A stretch of DNA of 64,000 nt from Candidatus Latescibacterota bacterium (GTDB lineage Bacteria > Latescibacterota > UBA2968), in assembly GCA_965204745.1 (NCBI GenBank), contig OZ242010.1, positions 3,680,001-3,744,000 on the forward strand, read 5' to 3'. The notes under the pieces were generated by a model. That model did not search any database. It was given only the letters and a program-made list of their open reading frames with translations, and was not told the DNA's origin. How positions within the stretch are numbered: position 1 is the stretch's first letter; every line of letters begins with the position of its first letter. This document shows, one piece after another, positions 27,877 through 37,265 of the stretch. A program made the position numbers and the translations under genes.

Positions 27877-29496
27877 TTACTGGGCGCGCCACAAAAAATA
27901 GAACCAACTGACGATGACGCCGATAGTGAGAGTTGAGAAAATCGCGATGATCCCCCAGACGCCCGCCGGTGTATCGGGCAGAGAAGCGGAGGCAACCGGT
28001 GGGCCGGGAATCGCGGTTGGCGCGGGAAATACGGCTTTGTAAGTGGTCTCGTCCCATCGCGTGATTTGCACTTGAAGCGGGGTATGAGGCTCTGTAGTCA
28101 GGGTGGCGGTTGGCGCGAATGCCGTTCCTTTCATCGAGATGGATTCGCCCCCGGATTCGCCAATGGAAACCCGCTTGTAATTTGGAAAGCCCTCGCCCAA
28201 AAATTTTGCGGCGAGTTGCATGCCTTCTCGCGGATTGCAAGGCACGGCACACGTCACTTTTATCCGATAGGGGCCAACGGCGCGTTCGGCGATGACCACG
28301 GGCGGCGCGCTTTGTGTGCCGTACTCGTAAATGCCTTCGATGGTAGAGAACACCGCGACGACAAAATACGCCAGCGTGAGAATGGCGGACACAGTCGCGC
28401 CGCGCAACCTCGGTGCAACAGAGGACTTTGCGCGCACCACCCATAAGTACGCGCCCGCCAAAATTGAGAACGACAGGGCCAGCCCAAAAATGAACCAGAT
28501 GATTTTGGTCGCAAGCCCGCCGAAATACCCAAAGTGTAGGGGATCGACCAGATCCGTAATAAGGGGAATGACCGCGAGATCCGCGCTGCGTTGCGCGGCG
28601 ATAACTCCGCCGCTAAACGGGTGCAACAGCACTTTGTTGGCGCGATCTCTGACCAGGGGATTGCCCGCTTGCCCATCCAAATAGACCGGCGCGCCAATGC
28701 GGTTGGGCATCCGCAAGGATCGGATGGTCAGGCCGGGAAACGCGGCTCGGGCGCGGTTTGCGTATTCGTTGGGCGCGAGCAATTCGGGCTGCACGCCGTA
28801 ACTGCCGAGCGACGTTTTATCGACTTGTGGCAAGGGCGGCGGCAACAGTGCTCGGTAATTGTCTGCGGCTTGAAAACACACTTCCACAAAGTAGAACACA
28901 CCCGTAGCCGCGATCAGCAACACAAAGAGGAAAACCCATATTCCCGTGGTTTTGTGCAGATCTGACCAGCGCCTGCGCGGCCCTTTGTCTGTACGCAACG
29001 CGAAGAATTGCGCGCGCCAACCCTTGTAAAAACAGACCCCAGACAGCCCGGATACGAGCAGCGCAAACGCGGTGAGGGTGACGAGGACGATACCGCGCGT
29101 GCCGTCAAAAAAACGACGGTGAAAGGAGCGGAAGAACCGCTGTACATTAAAAAAACTGGTCTGCCCTTGCAACGCGCCGGTATGGGGATCGAGATAGACT
29201 TTGCGCGTTTGTCCGCTTGAAAAAGCGACATAAGCCAAAGCCGCAAACCCATCGCCGATAGGCGCGTACACGCCCAACACGCGCCCATCGGGAAATTTAT
29301 CGGTCAGGGTTTCGCACATCGCGGTCCAGTCATAAGGCGCGTCGCGGGTTTCGGCGCGCACGGCCGGATTGAGCAACCAGTCCATTTCATGGGATAGGGT
29401 GGCAAATGATCCGGAAAAGCAGACCACGAAAAGCAACAAGCCAATATTCAGCCCCAACCAGCCGTGCAGGCGAAAGAGCATCTTGCGCCAATTCAT
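27877..29496 (-). CDS. PepSY-associated TM helix protein (FoxB-like iron reductase family)
   Basis: RLHGWLG, RSFHRR, DLHKTTG, PLHFGYF conserved His motifs. Confidence 0.88.
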   Translation of the reverse strand: MNWRKMLFRLHGWLGLNIGLLLFVVCFSGSFATLSHEMDWLLNPAVRAETRDAPYDWTAMCETLTDKFPDGRVLGVYAPIGDGFAALAYVAFSSGQTRKVYLDPHTGALQGQTSFFNVQRFFRSFHRRFFDGTRGIVLVTLTAFALLVSGLSGVCFYKGWRAQFFALRTDKGPRRRWSDLHKTTGIWVFLFVLLIAATGVFYFVEVCFQAADNYRALLPPPLPQVDKTSLGSYGVQPELLAPNEYANRARAAFPGLTIRSLRMPNRIGAPVYLDGQAGNPLVRDRANKVLLHPFSGGVIAAQRSADLAVIPLITDLVDPLHFGYFGGLATKIIWFIFGLALSFSILAGAYLWVVRAKSSVAPRLRGATVSAILTLAYFVVAVFSTIEGIYEYGTQSAPPVVIAERAVGPYRIKVTCAVPCNPREGMQLAAKFLGEGFPNYKRVSIGESGGESISMKGTAFAPTATLTTEPHTPLQVQITRWDETTYKAVFPAPTAIPGPPVASASLPDTPAGVWGIIAIFSTLTIGVIVSWFYFLWRAQ

Positions 29497-29519
29497 TCCA
29501 AACCCCAAGCGGTTGGCGA

Positions 29520-31922
29520 TCAAAATTGATAGCGGACGGTCGCGTCGAAGCTCCGCGGCGTGCCCCTGAACCCGCCGATGCGACCGCCATACCCCCCGGG
29601 AAAGTATTCTTTGTCAAAGAGGTTGTGCAAGTTGATGGCGATGTCGAATCGGTCATAGCGAATAAAAACAGCGCCATTGGCGACGAAGTACGCGGGCAAA
29701 TGATCCCCGATAGCGCGGGTGGTGCGCTCGCTGAGATAACTGCCGCCCAAAGCAAACCCCAACCGAATGGCATGCGCGAGCGGCATGTCGTAGCGCGACC
29801 AAAACCCGATGGCGTTTTTGGGATTGTTGGGATTGGCTCGACCAATGTTGGCCGGGTTGGTGTCTTTGGTGATTTCGGCTTTGAGGCTGTGGGCAAAGCT
29901 ACCGTGTACGCGCCAGCGATCCGCGATGAGGCCCGCGATGTCCAGTTCAAAACCCCGGCTTTGGATTTCGCCGACTTGCACCCTGCGATCCGGCATGTCT
30001 TCGGGCGGGTTGGCATCGCGGAGAATGACGTTTTCCTTGGCGATGTGATACAGCGCGAAGGTGGTGTTAAAGCGGCCATCTAAGAATGTCGATTTCGCGC
30101 CGCCTTCTATGGTCCAACTGTTCTCCGGATCAAAAGGCCCGCCGTATCGGTCCGGGTCAAATGTGTAGCTAGAACTGACGGGTTCAAATCCCTCGCTGTA
30201 GCTCAAATAGGTCGAGATCCATGGAACGGGTTTGAATACGGCCCCGCCGCGCAAAGACCAATGGGCGTCGCTAGCCCGATTATTCGATCCGCTTTCGGCT
30301 TTGTCTTCAAAGGCGTCGTAACGCAGGCCGAGCAACACATTGAACTTGTCGCCAAAGTCGATTTGGTCTTGAAAATAAAATCCAAAAGCCGAGATGCGGT
30401 TATTGAGGCGCGTGGTCAACTGCGAAATGCCCTGCGGAATGTCCGCACCGTAATAGGAAAATTTGAGCGGGTTATTTTTCGGCGCGAACACGGGATTCGA
30501 GATGTTGATGTTGGGCACCGGCCCGCCCCGGCTGGAATCCCGCGCGGTCGCAAACCGGTAAAGCCCTTCTGTGAGGGTGTATTCCAACCCCGAAAGCACC
30601 GTGTGATAGGTCGATGCAACGGTGAGATTGTAGATCAGATTTGCGTTGGTCGTGCGCTGTTGTTTTTCGCGGTACTGATCGCGAAATTCGCGCAACATGG
30701 TTTCGCCATCGGCGAGCAGGCCCCGGGGTTCGTGGTATTCCTGCCGTCGCTGGTTGGTCAAATAACTGGCTGAGGCGTCTATTTTTAAGCGATCTGAAAA
30801 CCGGTGATCGGCGCGCAAGCGATAGGTATAGGCGTCAATGCTGATAAAATCGTCGGGTTCGTTGACCGTGTAATCGAGGGGCAGATCGACGAGTTCGCCG
30901 TTGAAAAACGGGATGCCCCGATTGCGGTGGCCCTTGTTCAGTTCGTCAAACCATTCGCCGCCGAGGGTGATGGACGTGCGGTCCGTGGGTAGCCATGAAA
31001 AAGCCCCCTTAAACGCGGAAAAAATGAATTGCTCGTGCCGGCGAAACCCCTCGTCATTGGCGTGGCTGGCGTTGATTTGGTAGAGCAATTTGCCAAAACC
31101 GGGGGTGGCGAGCAAGGGGCCTGTAGAAGAAAAATTGGCCTGCGACTTGGAATAAGATCCCAAGGTGAATTTGAGTTCGCTATTTCGCGCCGCGCGGGGT
31201 TGTTTGGTGATGACGTTGATAAATCCACCGGGGCGCGATTGCCCGTAGAGCGCGCCTGCGGGGCCTTTGACCACTTCGATGCGCGCCACGTTGTCCAAGC
31301 GCATCCGGTTAAAAAATCCATGCACTTGGTTGAGGCCGTTTTGCTTGACCGCGCCATCTCCTGTAGTGCGAAAGCCGCGCATGTTAAAATCGAGATATTC
31401 GCTGAAGGGATTGACGCCACTCACGTTTTGCAACACATCGGTGAGGTACGTCAGCCCCTGGTCTTCGACGAGGTCGCCCGTGATGATTTGCACGGATTGG
31501 GGCAAGTCGCGCAAAGCGGTGTTGGTGCGCGTCGCCGTGGTGCGGTCCGAGGCGTACCCCTCTTCCACGACTGTGATTTCATCGAGGATGTACGGGGTGT
31601 CTTCGATGAGGGTAATCGCGATGGCGGGCACTTGTTGCGCGACAGACACGGGTCGCTCGACGGTTTTGTAACCCACGTAACTCGCGACGAGGACGTAGTC
31701 GCCGCGCGGCACATTGGGAATCGCAAAGTGCCCTCGCCGATCCGTCACAGTGCCCAAGCGCGTGTTTTTGAGCGCGACGCTCGCGCCGGGCAAGGGATCG
31801 TTGGCGCGATCCAAAACCCGGCCGCGAATCTCATGATTTTGCGCGAGGGCAGATGTTGCAAAAACCGCGAACAGGGCGAGCGACAAACTGGATGAACAAA
31901 AGAAACGAAAGCGGGTTGACAC
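29520..31922 (-). CDS. TonB-dependent siderophore receptor with N-terminal carboxypeptidase-regulatory-like domain
   Basis: SD GGAGG + GTG, signal peptide, plug motif IEVVKGPAGALYG, C-terminal YQF. Confidence 0.92.
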   Translation of the reverse strand: MSTRFRFFCSSSLSLALFAVFATSALAQNHEIRGRVLDRANDPLPGASVALKNTRLGTVTDRRGHFAIPNVPRGDYVLVASYVGYKTVERPVSVAQQVPAIAITLIEDTPYILDEITVVEEGYASDRTTATRTNTALRDLPQSVQIITGDLVEDQGLTYLTDVLQNVSGVNPFSEYLDFNMRGFRTTGDGAVKQNGLNQVHGFFNRMRLDNVARIEVVKGPAGALYGQSRPGGFINVITKQPRAARNSELKFTLGSYSKSQANFSSTGPLLATPGFGKLLYQINASHANDEGFRRHEQFIFSAFKGAFSWLPTDRTSITLGGEWFDELNKGHRNRGIPFFNGELVDLPLDYTVNEPDDFISIDAYTYRLRADHRFSDRLKIDASASYLTNQRRQEYHEPRGLLADGETMLREFRDQYREKQQRTTNANLIYNLTVASTYHTVLSGLEYTLTEGLYRFATARDSSRGGPVPNINISNPVFAPKNNPLKFSYYGADIPQGISQLTTRLNNRISAFGFYFQDQIDFGDKFNVLLGLRYDAFEDKAESGSNNRASDAHWSLRGGAVFKPVPWISTYLSYSEGFEPVSSSYTFDPDRYGGPFDPENSWTIEGGAKSTFLDGRFNTTFALYHIAKENVILRDANPPEDMPDRRVQVGEIQSRGFELDIAGLIADRWRVHGSFAHSLKAEITKDTNPANIGRANPNNPKNAIGFWSRYDMPLAHAIRLGFALGGSYLSERTTRAIGDHLPAYFVANGAVFIRYDRFDIAINLHNLFDKEYFPGGYGGRIGGFRGTPRSFDATVRYQF

Positions 31923-32110
31923 GGTGGTATCCTCCGTATTGATCAACTTGTTGGGATTGAAATTTTGAGCGGATGTCATTTTTCGTTTGGACATAAGCGG
32001 CATTCGGTTTATTTTTAGAACACGTCGCACCTCCTTTGGGGTGTGGCTACGAGCCATCGGTTTTCTGCTTGACGGGCGATAACCGATGGCATTTTTCGTT
32101 TGTGGCATTT

Positions 32111-33496
32111 CTACAAGGATCGCAGAAAGGCGATGAGGGCGTCTCGGTCCGCTTTGGACAAGTTGCGGACCGCCTCGCGCGATTGCGCGGCTTCGCCCCC
32201 GTGGAACATAATGGCTTCGAGCAGGGTTGCTGCGCGGCCATCGTGCAAATAGGCCGGGATCCCGTTGACGGTCTCCGTTAGGCCAATGCCCCACAGCGGA
32301 GGCGTTTTCCACTCGTGGCCCGTGGCTTCGAAGTCCGGGCGATGATCGGCCAAGGCGTCGCCCATGTCGTGGAGCAACAAATCCGTGTACGGGTGGATGG
32401 TTTGATTGGACAGGGACGCGATGCTGTGATTGCCGGTTTGAAAGGTGGGCGTGTGGCAAGCGGCGCAACCGGTCGATTCAAAGAGGGCTTCGCCGCGCAG
32501 GGCTTGCGGGTCGTCCCAATCGCGGCGCGCGGGCACGGCCAGGGTTTGGATGTAAAACGCGGTGACGTCCAGCGTCGTTTGACCGATTTCTGGATCGTCG
32601 TCCCGGCCGTCATGTTGGGGTTGTCCCCACACGGATTCCCGCGGAAAATAGGGATTGGTCACGCCCATGTCTTCGTTGTACGCGCCGGCGGTTTGTTGCA
32701 AAATATCGGGATTGTTGGCTTTCAGGCCAAAACGCCCGAGTTCTCTTTGCCCGGTTCGGAAATTGTACGCGTAGTTGGGCCGCCCCGAGATGCCATCGCC
32801 ATCGGCATCTGAGGGATCGGACAGGGCGAGAATGTCGGCCTCGGCTATGGCTTCGAGCAAGCCGCGGCCAAACACGGGCGGGGCCATGCGCGCGGACAAC
32901 AGCACGCCCGCGGGCAGGGGTTGGTACGGCGTGACTATGGTGTAGATCGGGTGTTTTAGGCGAACCTCTGCGCCATCGGACAGGGTTTCCACGGTTTCGT
33001 AAAAGCCGACTTGAACCCGCGCTTCGGGTGCGACGCCAAAATTTGCGCGGTCGCCGAGTTGCGTGCCGAACCCGGGCACCGGGACAGGCCCGCCGTGCGC
33101 GGTGAACCCGGGCAGGCTGACGCGCATGAGCATCGAGCCGACAAAGGGCGGTTCAGAGCCGAACGCGCCGCGGCCGCGCCCATCGCGCAGATGGCATCCA
33201 ATGCAAGACGTGTGGCTAAACACCGGCCCAACGCCTGCGTTCACGTCTGCCGGTGGGGTGACAAAGACTTGTTCAAACGCGACATCGCCCGCGAAAAATT
33301 TGTCGCGTTCGTCGGGCGAAAGCGTCGGAATCGGCATTTCAAACGCTTGGCTAGAGGCGTCAAAAACAGTGGCATCCCCCCCGGACAAGGCGTTGTCCGG
33401 AGAGGGTTGCGGTGGCGCGACTGGGTTGTCCTTACCGCAGGCCCAAAAGCACAGCACTGCGGCGAGGACGACAAAAATGTGGCGATCTGTTTTCAT
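32111..33496 (-). CDS. Di-heme oxidoreductase family (DHOR) lipoprotein
   Basis: CIGCH and CAACH, PYTDLLLHDMG, WKTPPLWG, YLHDGRA. Confidence 0.9.
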   Translation of the reverse strand: MKTDRHIFVVLAAVLCFWACGKDNPVAPPQPSPDNALSGGDATVFDASSQAFEMPIPTLSPDERDKFFAGDVAFEQVFVTPPADVNAGVGPVFSHTSCIGCHLRDGRGRGAFGSEPPFVGSMLMRVSLPGFTAHGGPVPVPGFGTQLGDRANFGVAPEARVQVGFYETVETLSDGAEVRLKHPIYTIVTPYQPLPAGVLLSARMAPPVFGRGLLEAIAEADILALSDPSDADGDGISGRPNYAYNFRTGQRELGRFGLKANNPDILQQTAGAYNEDMGVTNPYFPRESVWGQPQHDGRDDDPEIGQTTLDVTAFYIQTLAVPARRDWDDPQALRGEALFESTGCAACHTPTFQTGNHSIASLSNQTIHPYTDLLLHDMGDALADHRPDFEATGHEWKTPPLWGIGLTETVNGIPAYLHDGRAATLLEAIMFHGGEAAQSREAVRNLSKADRDALIAFLRSL

Positions 33497-33499
33497 CGC

Positions 33500-34576
33500 T
33501 TATTGCTCTGCTAGCACCAGTGGCAAAATATCGCGTTCGAGCGTTTGTTGCACGGTGGCGATGGCCTGTTGGGCCGCGGTGATTTGCGGGCCGTCCGTGG
33601 TCAGCGCGTCCCGGAATGGGAAGGAAATTTTGCCGATTTCCGCGATGGCCGTCTGAATTTCGGTTTGGAATCGCTGGTCGAGCGCGGAGGCTTTGCCGTT
33701 GACAAATTCGTCGAGCCCCACGGCTTCCACATTGTACCCGCCCATGTACACATTTTGAATGCTGCGGATGTTGTCTTGAAAATCGAGGAGCGAATTGAAG
33801 CTGAATTGCGATTCCACCAAGCGCGTATCCCGTTCGGTAAAGGGATCGGCAATTTTGCCATTTCCGACTTCGTCTGCGATGCCCACCATGCCGTTGATCA
33901 TTTCCTGCACCGCGGCTTTTTGCGTGGTGTACGTGTTGCTACCCGCGCCGGCATTGACCACTTGGGCGCGGAAGTTCTCGCCCGAGGCGATCCAACTCGT
34001 GTGTAGCGACACCGCCGCATCTTTGAGCAATTCCGCCGTGGCGATCAAATAATCGTATTGGCGCGGGGTAAAATCCGCGATGGTCTTGACGCCGCCCTGA
34101 TCGAAGAGCAAAAATTCGATGGTGTGAAACCCCTTGAGCGTGTTGTCGAGGTTATCCACCGAGGACTTGGTCAAGGGCGTGTCGCTCGACAAGACGGCTT
34201 CGAGGTCTGCGCGGTTGACCGGCCAGGTGTCCAGCGCGGGATCAAAGCCATTAAAATCAACCGGGCCGAACAAAAAGCCCTCGCTCTTTTCCCACGGAGA
34301 ACGCGACGCCACCCATTTTGCGCGGGCAGTTGACAAGGTGGCTGGCGATGGGTTAGCTCTGAGATTTTGCACTGCGGTGAGGAGTTCCGAGGCTTTGTCG
34401 GACAGGTCTTTGTACGTCGGGATGACCGTTTTATCCGCAAAGTCGGTCAGGATAGGCGAGAAGTCGTACCCGGGATCGGGTTCCGGCTCCGGCGCGACTG
34501 GATTTGCGTCCTTGCTGCTGCACGCGGCGAGGGCGAGAGCGAAGGTGATGCCGAAGAAAAATTTAACGCGGTTCAT
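33500..34576 (-). CDS. Imelysin-like iron-regulated lipoprotein (IrpA type)
   Basis: WEKSEGFLFGP, KGFHTIEFLLF; lipobox LAAC. Confidence 0.88.
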   Translation of the reverse strand: MNRVKFFFGITFALALAACSSKDANPVAPEPEPDPGYDFSPILTDFADKTVIPTYKDLSDKASELLTAVQNLRANPSPATLSTARAKWVASRSPWEKSEGFLFGPVDFNGFDPALDTWPVNRADLEAVLSSDTPLTKSSVDNLDNTLKGFHTIEFLLFDQGGVKTIADFTPRQYDYLIATAELLKDAAVSLHTSWIASGENFRAQVVNAGAGSNTYTTQKAAVQEMINGMVGIADEVGNGKIADPFTERDTRLVESQFSFNSLLDFQDNIRSIQNVYMGGYNVEAVGLDEFVNGKASALDQRFQTEIQTAIAEIGKISFPFRDALTTDGPQITAAQQAIATVQQTLERDILPLVLAEQ

Positions 34577-34593
34577 GGTGATCCTCCAAAAAA

Positions 34594-35823
34594 TTAGAAT
34601 TGAAAACCGAGTGCGAAACTGGCGGTGTTTTCGCCATTGAAATTTGCGGCGCCCAACCGGCGCATGGCATAATCGGCCTTGAGCACGACCGCATTGCCCA
34701 TCGCGTAGTTGAGGCCAAACGCGTACACCCGACGGCTAAAGCGCGGGTTGTCGAAAAAATTGGGCGGGGTTTCGGCCATCGTGTCGTAGGCGTCAAACCG
34801 AAAAAACAGGTGGCATTGTTCCTCCTTGCGCGATGTGAAAAAGGGTAAAATATCGTAACCGACTTCCGCGTACAGCGCGTACGCGGCACTGGCGACGGGC
34901 GTTCTCAACACGTCGAGATTGTTGGACAAGGTGCGATTGCGCTGGCTGACAAGGGCCGCGTTTTGCAGATGACCGTAGAGGTACATGCCCTGTGCGCGGA
35001 GGCGGTTGTACCGCAACACGGCGTGGACGTCGAAAATGGATACGTGGGCGTCCGCGTCTTTCATGTCGGGTTTGGGGCGGTTGTCCGCGCTGTTGCCGCG
35101 ATAGGCCGATGCGCCGAGCGCGAGCCCTTCTGCGACTTGGTAGTCCAACCGCGCCGCGAGTGCCATATTGGAGGCGCGCACGTCTTCAAAGCGCGTTTGG
35201 TGCCCGCCCACGATCCAGTATTGCGAACTAAAGCCCGTGGCGTCCAAGCCATTGACGAGTTGCACGCGATAGCGCAAGCGGCCGACTTGCCCGTTGATTT
35301 CGATGCCGGTCTCGTGCCAGATCGCGGGGATGACGGCGGTTTCCGATTCCGGGCGGCGCGTGCCGAAAAAGTCTGTGGGGTGGTATTGCTCGGTGGTGAG
35401 GCCCACGCCGACGTAGAAATGGCCCAAGCGGAGGTTGAAGGCGTCGGAAAATTCGCGCTCCACATAGAGTTCTTCGAGGATGATCTCCCCGCCCTTTTCC
35501 ACTTCGGTTTCGTATTCGCCAAATTCCTCGTATTCAATTTCGAGGGCGCCGCCCGTGCCGCCGTGCTCGATTTCCACTTCGACTTCGAGCTCGACGCCGT
35601 GCAACAGATGGGTTTCCAACTCGAGGGCTAGCCGCGCAATGTCAATCGTGGCGCGGCTATCGCGCGGCGAACCCATGGGGCCGCTCTTCTGATCGGGGCC
35701 ATAATCGAAATGCGAGTAGATGAGTTCGCCATATCCCGAGAGTTTGAATTTGGGCTCATCGGCTGCGATGCTCATGGGCAAGGCGAGCGCGAGACAGATA
35801 CTGCGGAGAAGCAATGCGTTCAT
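34594..35823 (-). CDS. Outer-membrane porin of imelysin/DHOR iron-uptake clusters
   Basis: EIEHGGTG, acidic loop EYEEFGEYE..E.GGE, WHETG, C-terminal Phe. Confidence 0.78.
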   Translation of the reverse strand: MNALLLRSICLALALPMSIAADEPKFKLSGYGELIYSHFDYGPDQKSGPMGSPRDSRATIDIARLALELETHLLHGVELEVEVEIEHGGTGGALEIEYEEFGEYETEVEKGGEIILEELYVEREFSDAFNLRLGHFYVGVGLTTEQYHPTDFFGTRRPESETAVIPAIWHETGIEINGQVGRLRYRVQLVNGLDATGFSSQYWIVGGHQTRFEDVRASNMALAARLDYQVAEGLALGASAYRGNSADNRPKPDMKDADAHVSIFDVHAVLRYNRLRAQGMYLYGHLQNAALVSQRNRTLSNNLDVLRTPVASAAYALYAEVGYDILPFFTSRKEEQCHLFFRFDAYDTMAETPPNFFDNPRFSRRVYAFGLNYAMGNAVVLKADYAMRRLGAANFNGENTASFALGFQF

Positions 35824-35981
35824 AACCCTCCCTCGATGCGATGGGTTGACAAGAATAAGACGGGGGTTATATTGTGCTGTGCAAGCGCGGAGAGCGCATC
35901 TCTCTGGCGCGTGCGCGCGGATGATCGGCGATGGCCAGGCAAGTCAGAACCGATCATCCTTTTTTTGTCAGTTGGGCTTTA

Positions 35982-36038
35982 TTGTTTTACTAATAAAACA
36001 ACCGCCCAAAGAATAAAACAGATGTTAAAACTTGTCAA
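35982..36038 (-). promoter_or_regulatory. Promoter TTGACA-17-TATTCT plus palindromic operator candidate for the iron cluster
   Basis: -35 at 36038-36033, -10 at 36015-36010; TTGTTTTA-CTAA-TAAAACAA at 35982-36001 just downstream. Confidence 0.6.
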
Positions 36039-36150
36039 CAATTTTTTGCAATCATCGCCGTTCATCCCTGCTTACCACGCAGAGACATGCCTGTGGTTGC
36101 TTTTTTCGCTTTTCAAAACGCTTGAATTTTCAGCCTAAGCGCGTATTTTA

Positions 36151-36269
36151 GCAAGAGGCAAGAGGCAAGAGGCAAGAGGCAAGAGGCAAGAGGCAAGAGG
36201 CAAGAGGCAAGAGGCAAGAGGCAAGAGGCAAGAGGCAAGAGGCAAGAGGCAAGAGGCAAGAGGCAAGAG
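36151..36269. repeat. Heptamer array (GCAAGAG)17
   Basis: Perfect tandem repeat ending in GCAAGGAG, which provides the SD of the next gene. Confidence 0.97.
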
Positions 36270-36283
36270 GCAAGGAGATCGAC

Positions 36284-37261
36284 ATGTCGAATGGATTAAA
36301 GGTCGCGGTGATCGGGGCGAGTGGCATTGGGCAACACCACGCGCGATGGCATCACTTGTCCGGGTCTCAAGTGGTGGCATTTGCAGGCACGTCGAAAGAA
36401 ACGTGTGCGAAAACCCGATCCCTGTTGCAGGCGGACTTTGGCTTTGATGGCCGTGCGTACACGGACGTGGCGCGCATGCTCAAAGCCGAACAACCCGACG
36501 TGGTCGATGTGTCTAGCCCGCCGCATTTGCACAAAGACCACGCGATTTTGGCATTGCAAAGCGGATGCCATGTGGTGTGTGAAAAACCCCTGTGTTGGGA
36601 CGAGGACAAGGGCTTGGACGCGATTTTGGACGATGGACGCGCCGTGGTGGATGCGGCGAAACAGGCGGGCAAATCCCTGGCGATGTCTGCCCAATATGCC
36701 GCGGCGATCCCGATGTATCGCCAACTCTACACGCGGGCGAGAGGCGCGTGGGATCGCGTTGACTCGGTCGAGATGGTCATGGAATCGAAGGGGCGCAGGG
36801 GGCCGAAAGCGCGAGAAGAGATCTGGATCGATCTCGCTTCCCATCCCTTGAGCTTGGTCTTTGGCTTTTTGCCCGATGGGGAAATCGACTGGTCGAGCGC
36901 GGCGTGTGAGATTGGCGAGCGGGAAAATCGCGCACGATTTGACGTGCTCACGCCCAAAGGCCGATGCGCCGTGCAATTCGCGTTGCGCGACAGGGACGAG
37001 GGCGTCCCCATCCGACAATTCGGCGTCAATGGCTTTTTGGTCAACTGGGAGGGCTTTGCCGACGAGGAGGGGATTTATCGCGCACGCCTCTCAGCCGATG
37101 GCGAGACCGCGACTTGCCCGGATTTTATGCACATTTTCATCGGCGAATTTGCCGAGCACATCCGCGGCACAGGCGGGCAGGTCATCGTTTCCGGCGCGGA
37201 CGCCCTGAAGAATTTGCAGGCTCAAATCGCGCTGCTCAAGCGCGCGGACAGGCGGGTGTGA
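36284..37261 (+). CDS. Gfo/Idh/MocA oxidoreductase
   Basis: GASGIG, CEKP, DLASHP. Confidence 0.85.
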   Translation: MSNGLKVAVIGASGIGQHHARWHHLSGSQVVAFAGTSKETCAKTRSLLQADFGFDGRAYTDVARMLKAEQPDVVDVSSPPHLHKDHAILALQSGCHVVCEKPLCWDEDKGLDAILDDGRAVVDAAKQAGKSLAMSAQYAAAIPMYRQLYTRARGAWDRVDSVEMVMESKGRRGPKAREEIWIDLASHPLSLVFGFLPDGEIDWSSAACEIGERENRARFDVLTPKGRCAVQFALRDRDEGVPIRQFGVNGFLVNWEGFADEEGIYRARLSADGETATCPDFMHIFIGEFAEHIRGTGGQVIVSGADALKNLQAQIALLKRADRRV

Positions 37262-37265
37262 TCCC

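Noticed and set aside
31923-32468. N-terminal extension of the TonB receptor (982-aa call)
   Set aside because: It overlaps DHOR; SD, GTG and signal peptide define the start at 31922.
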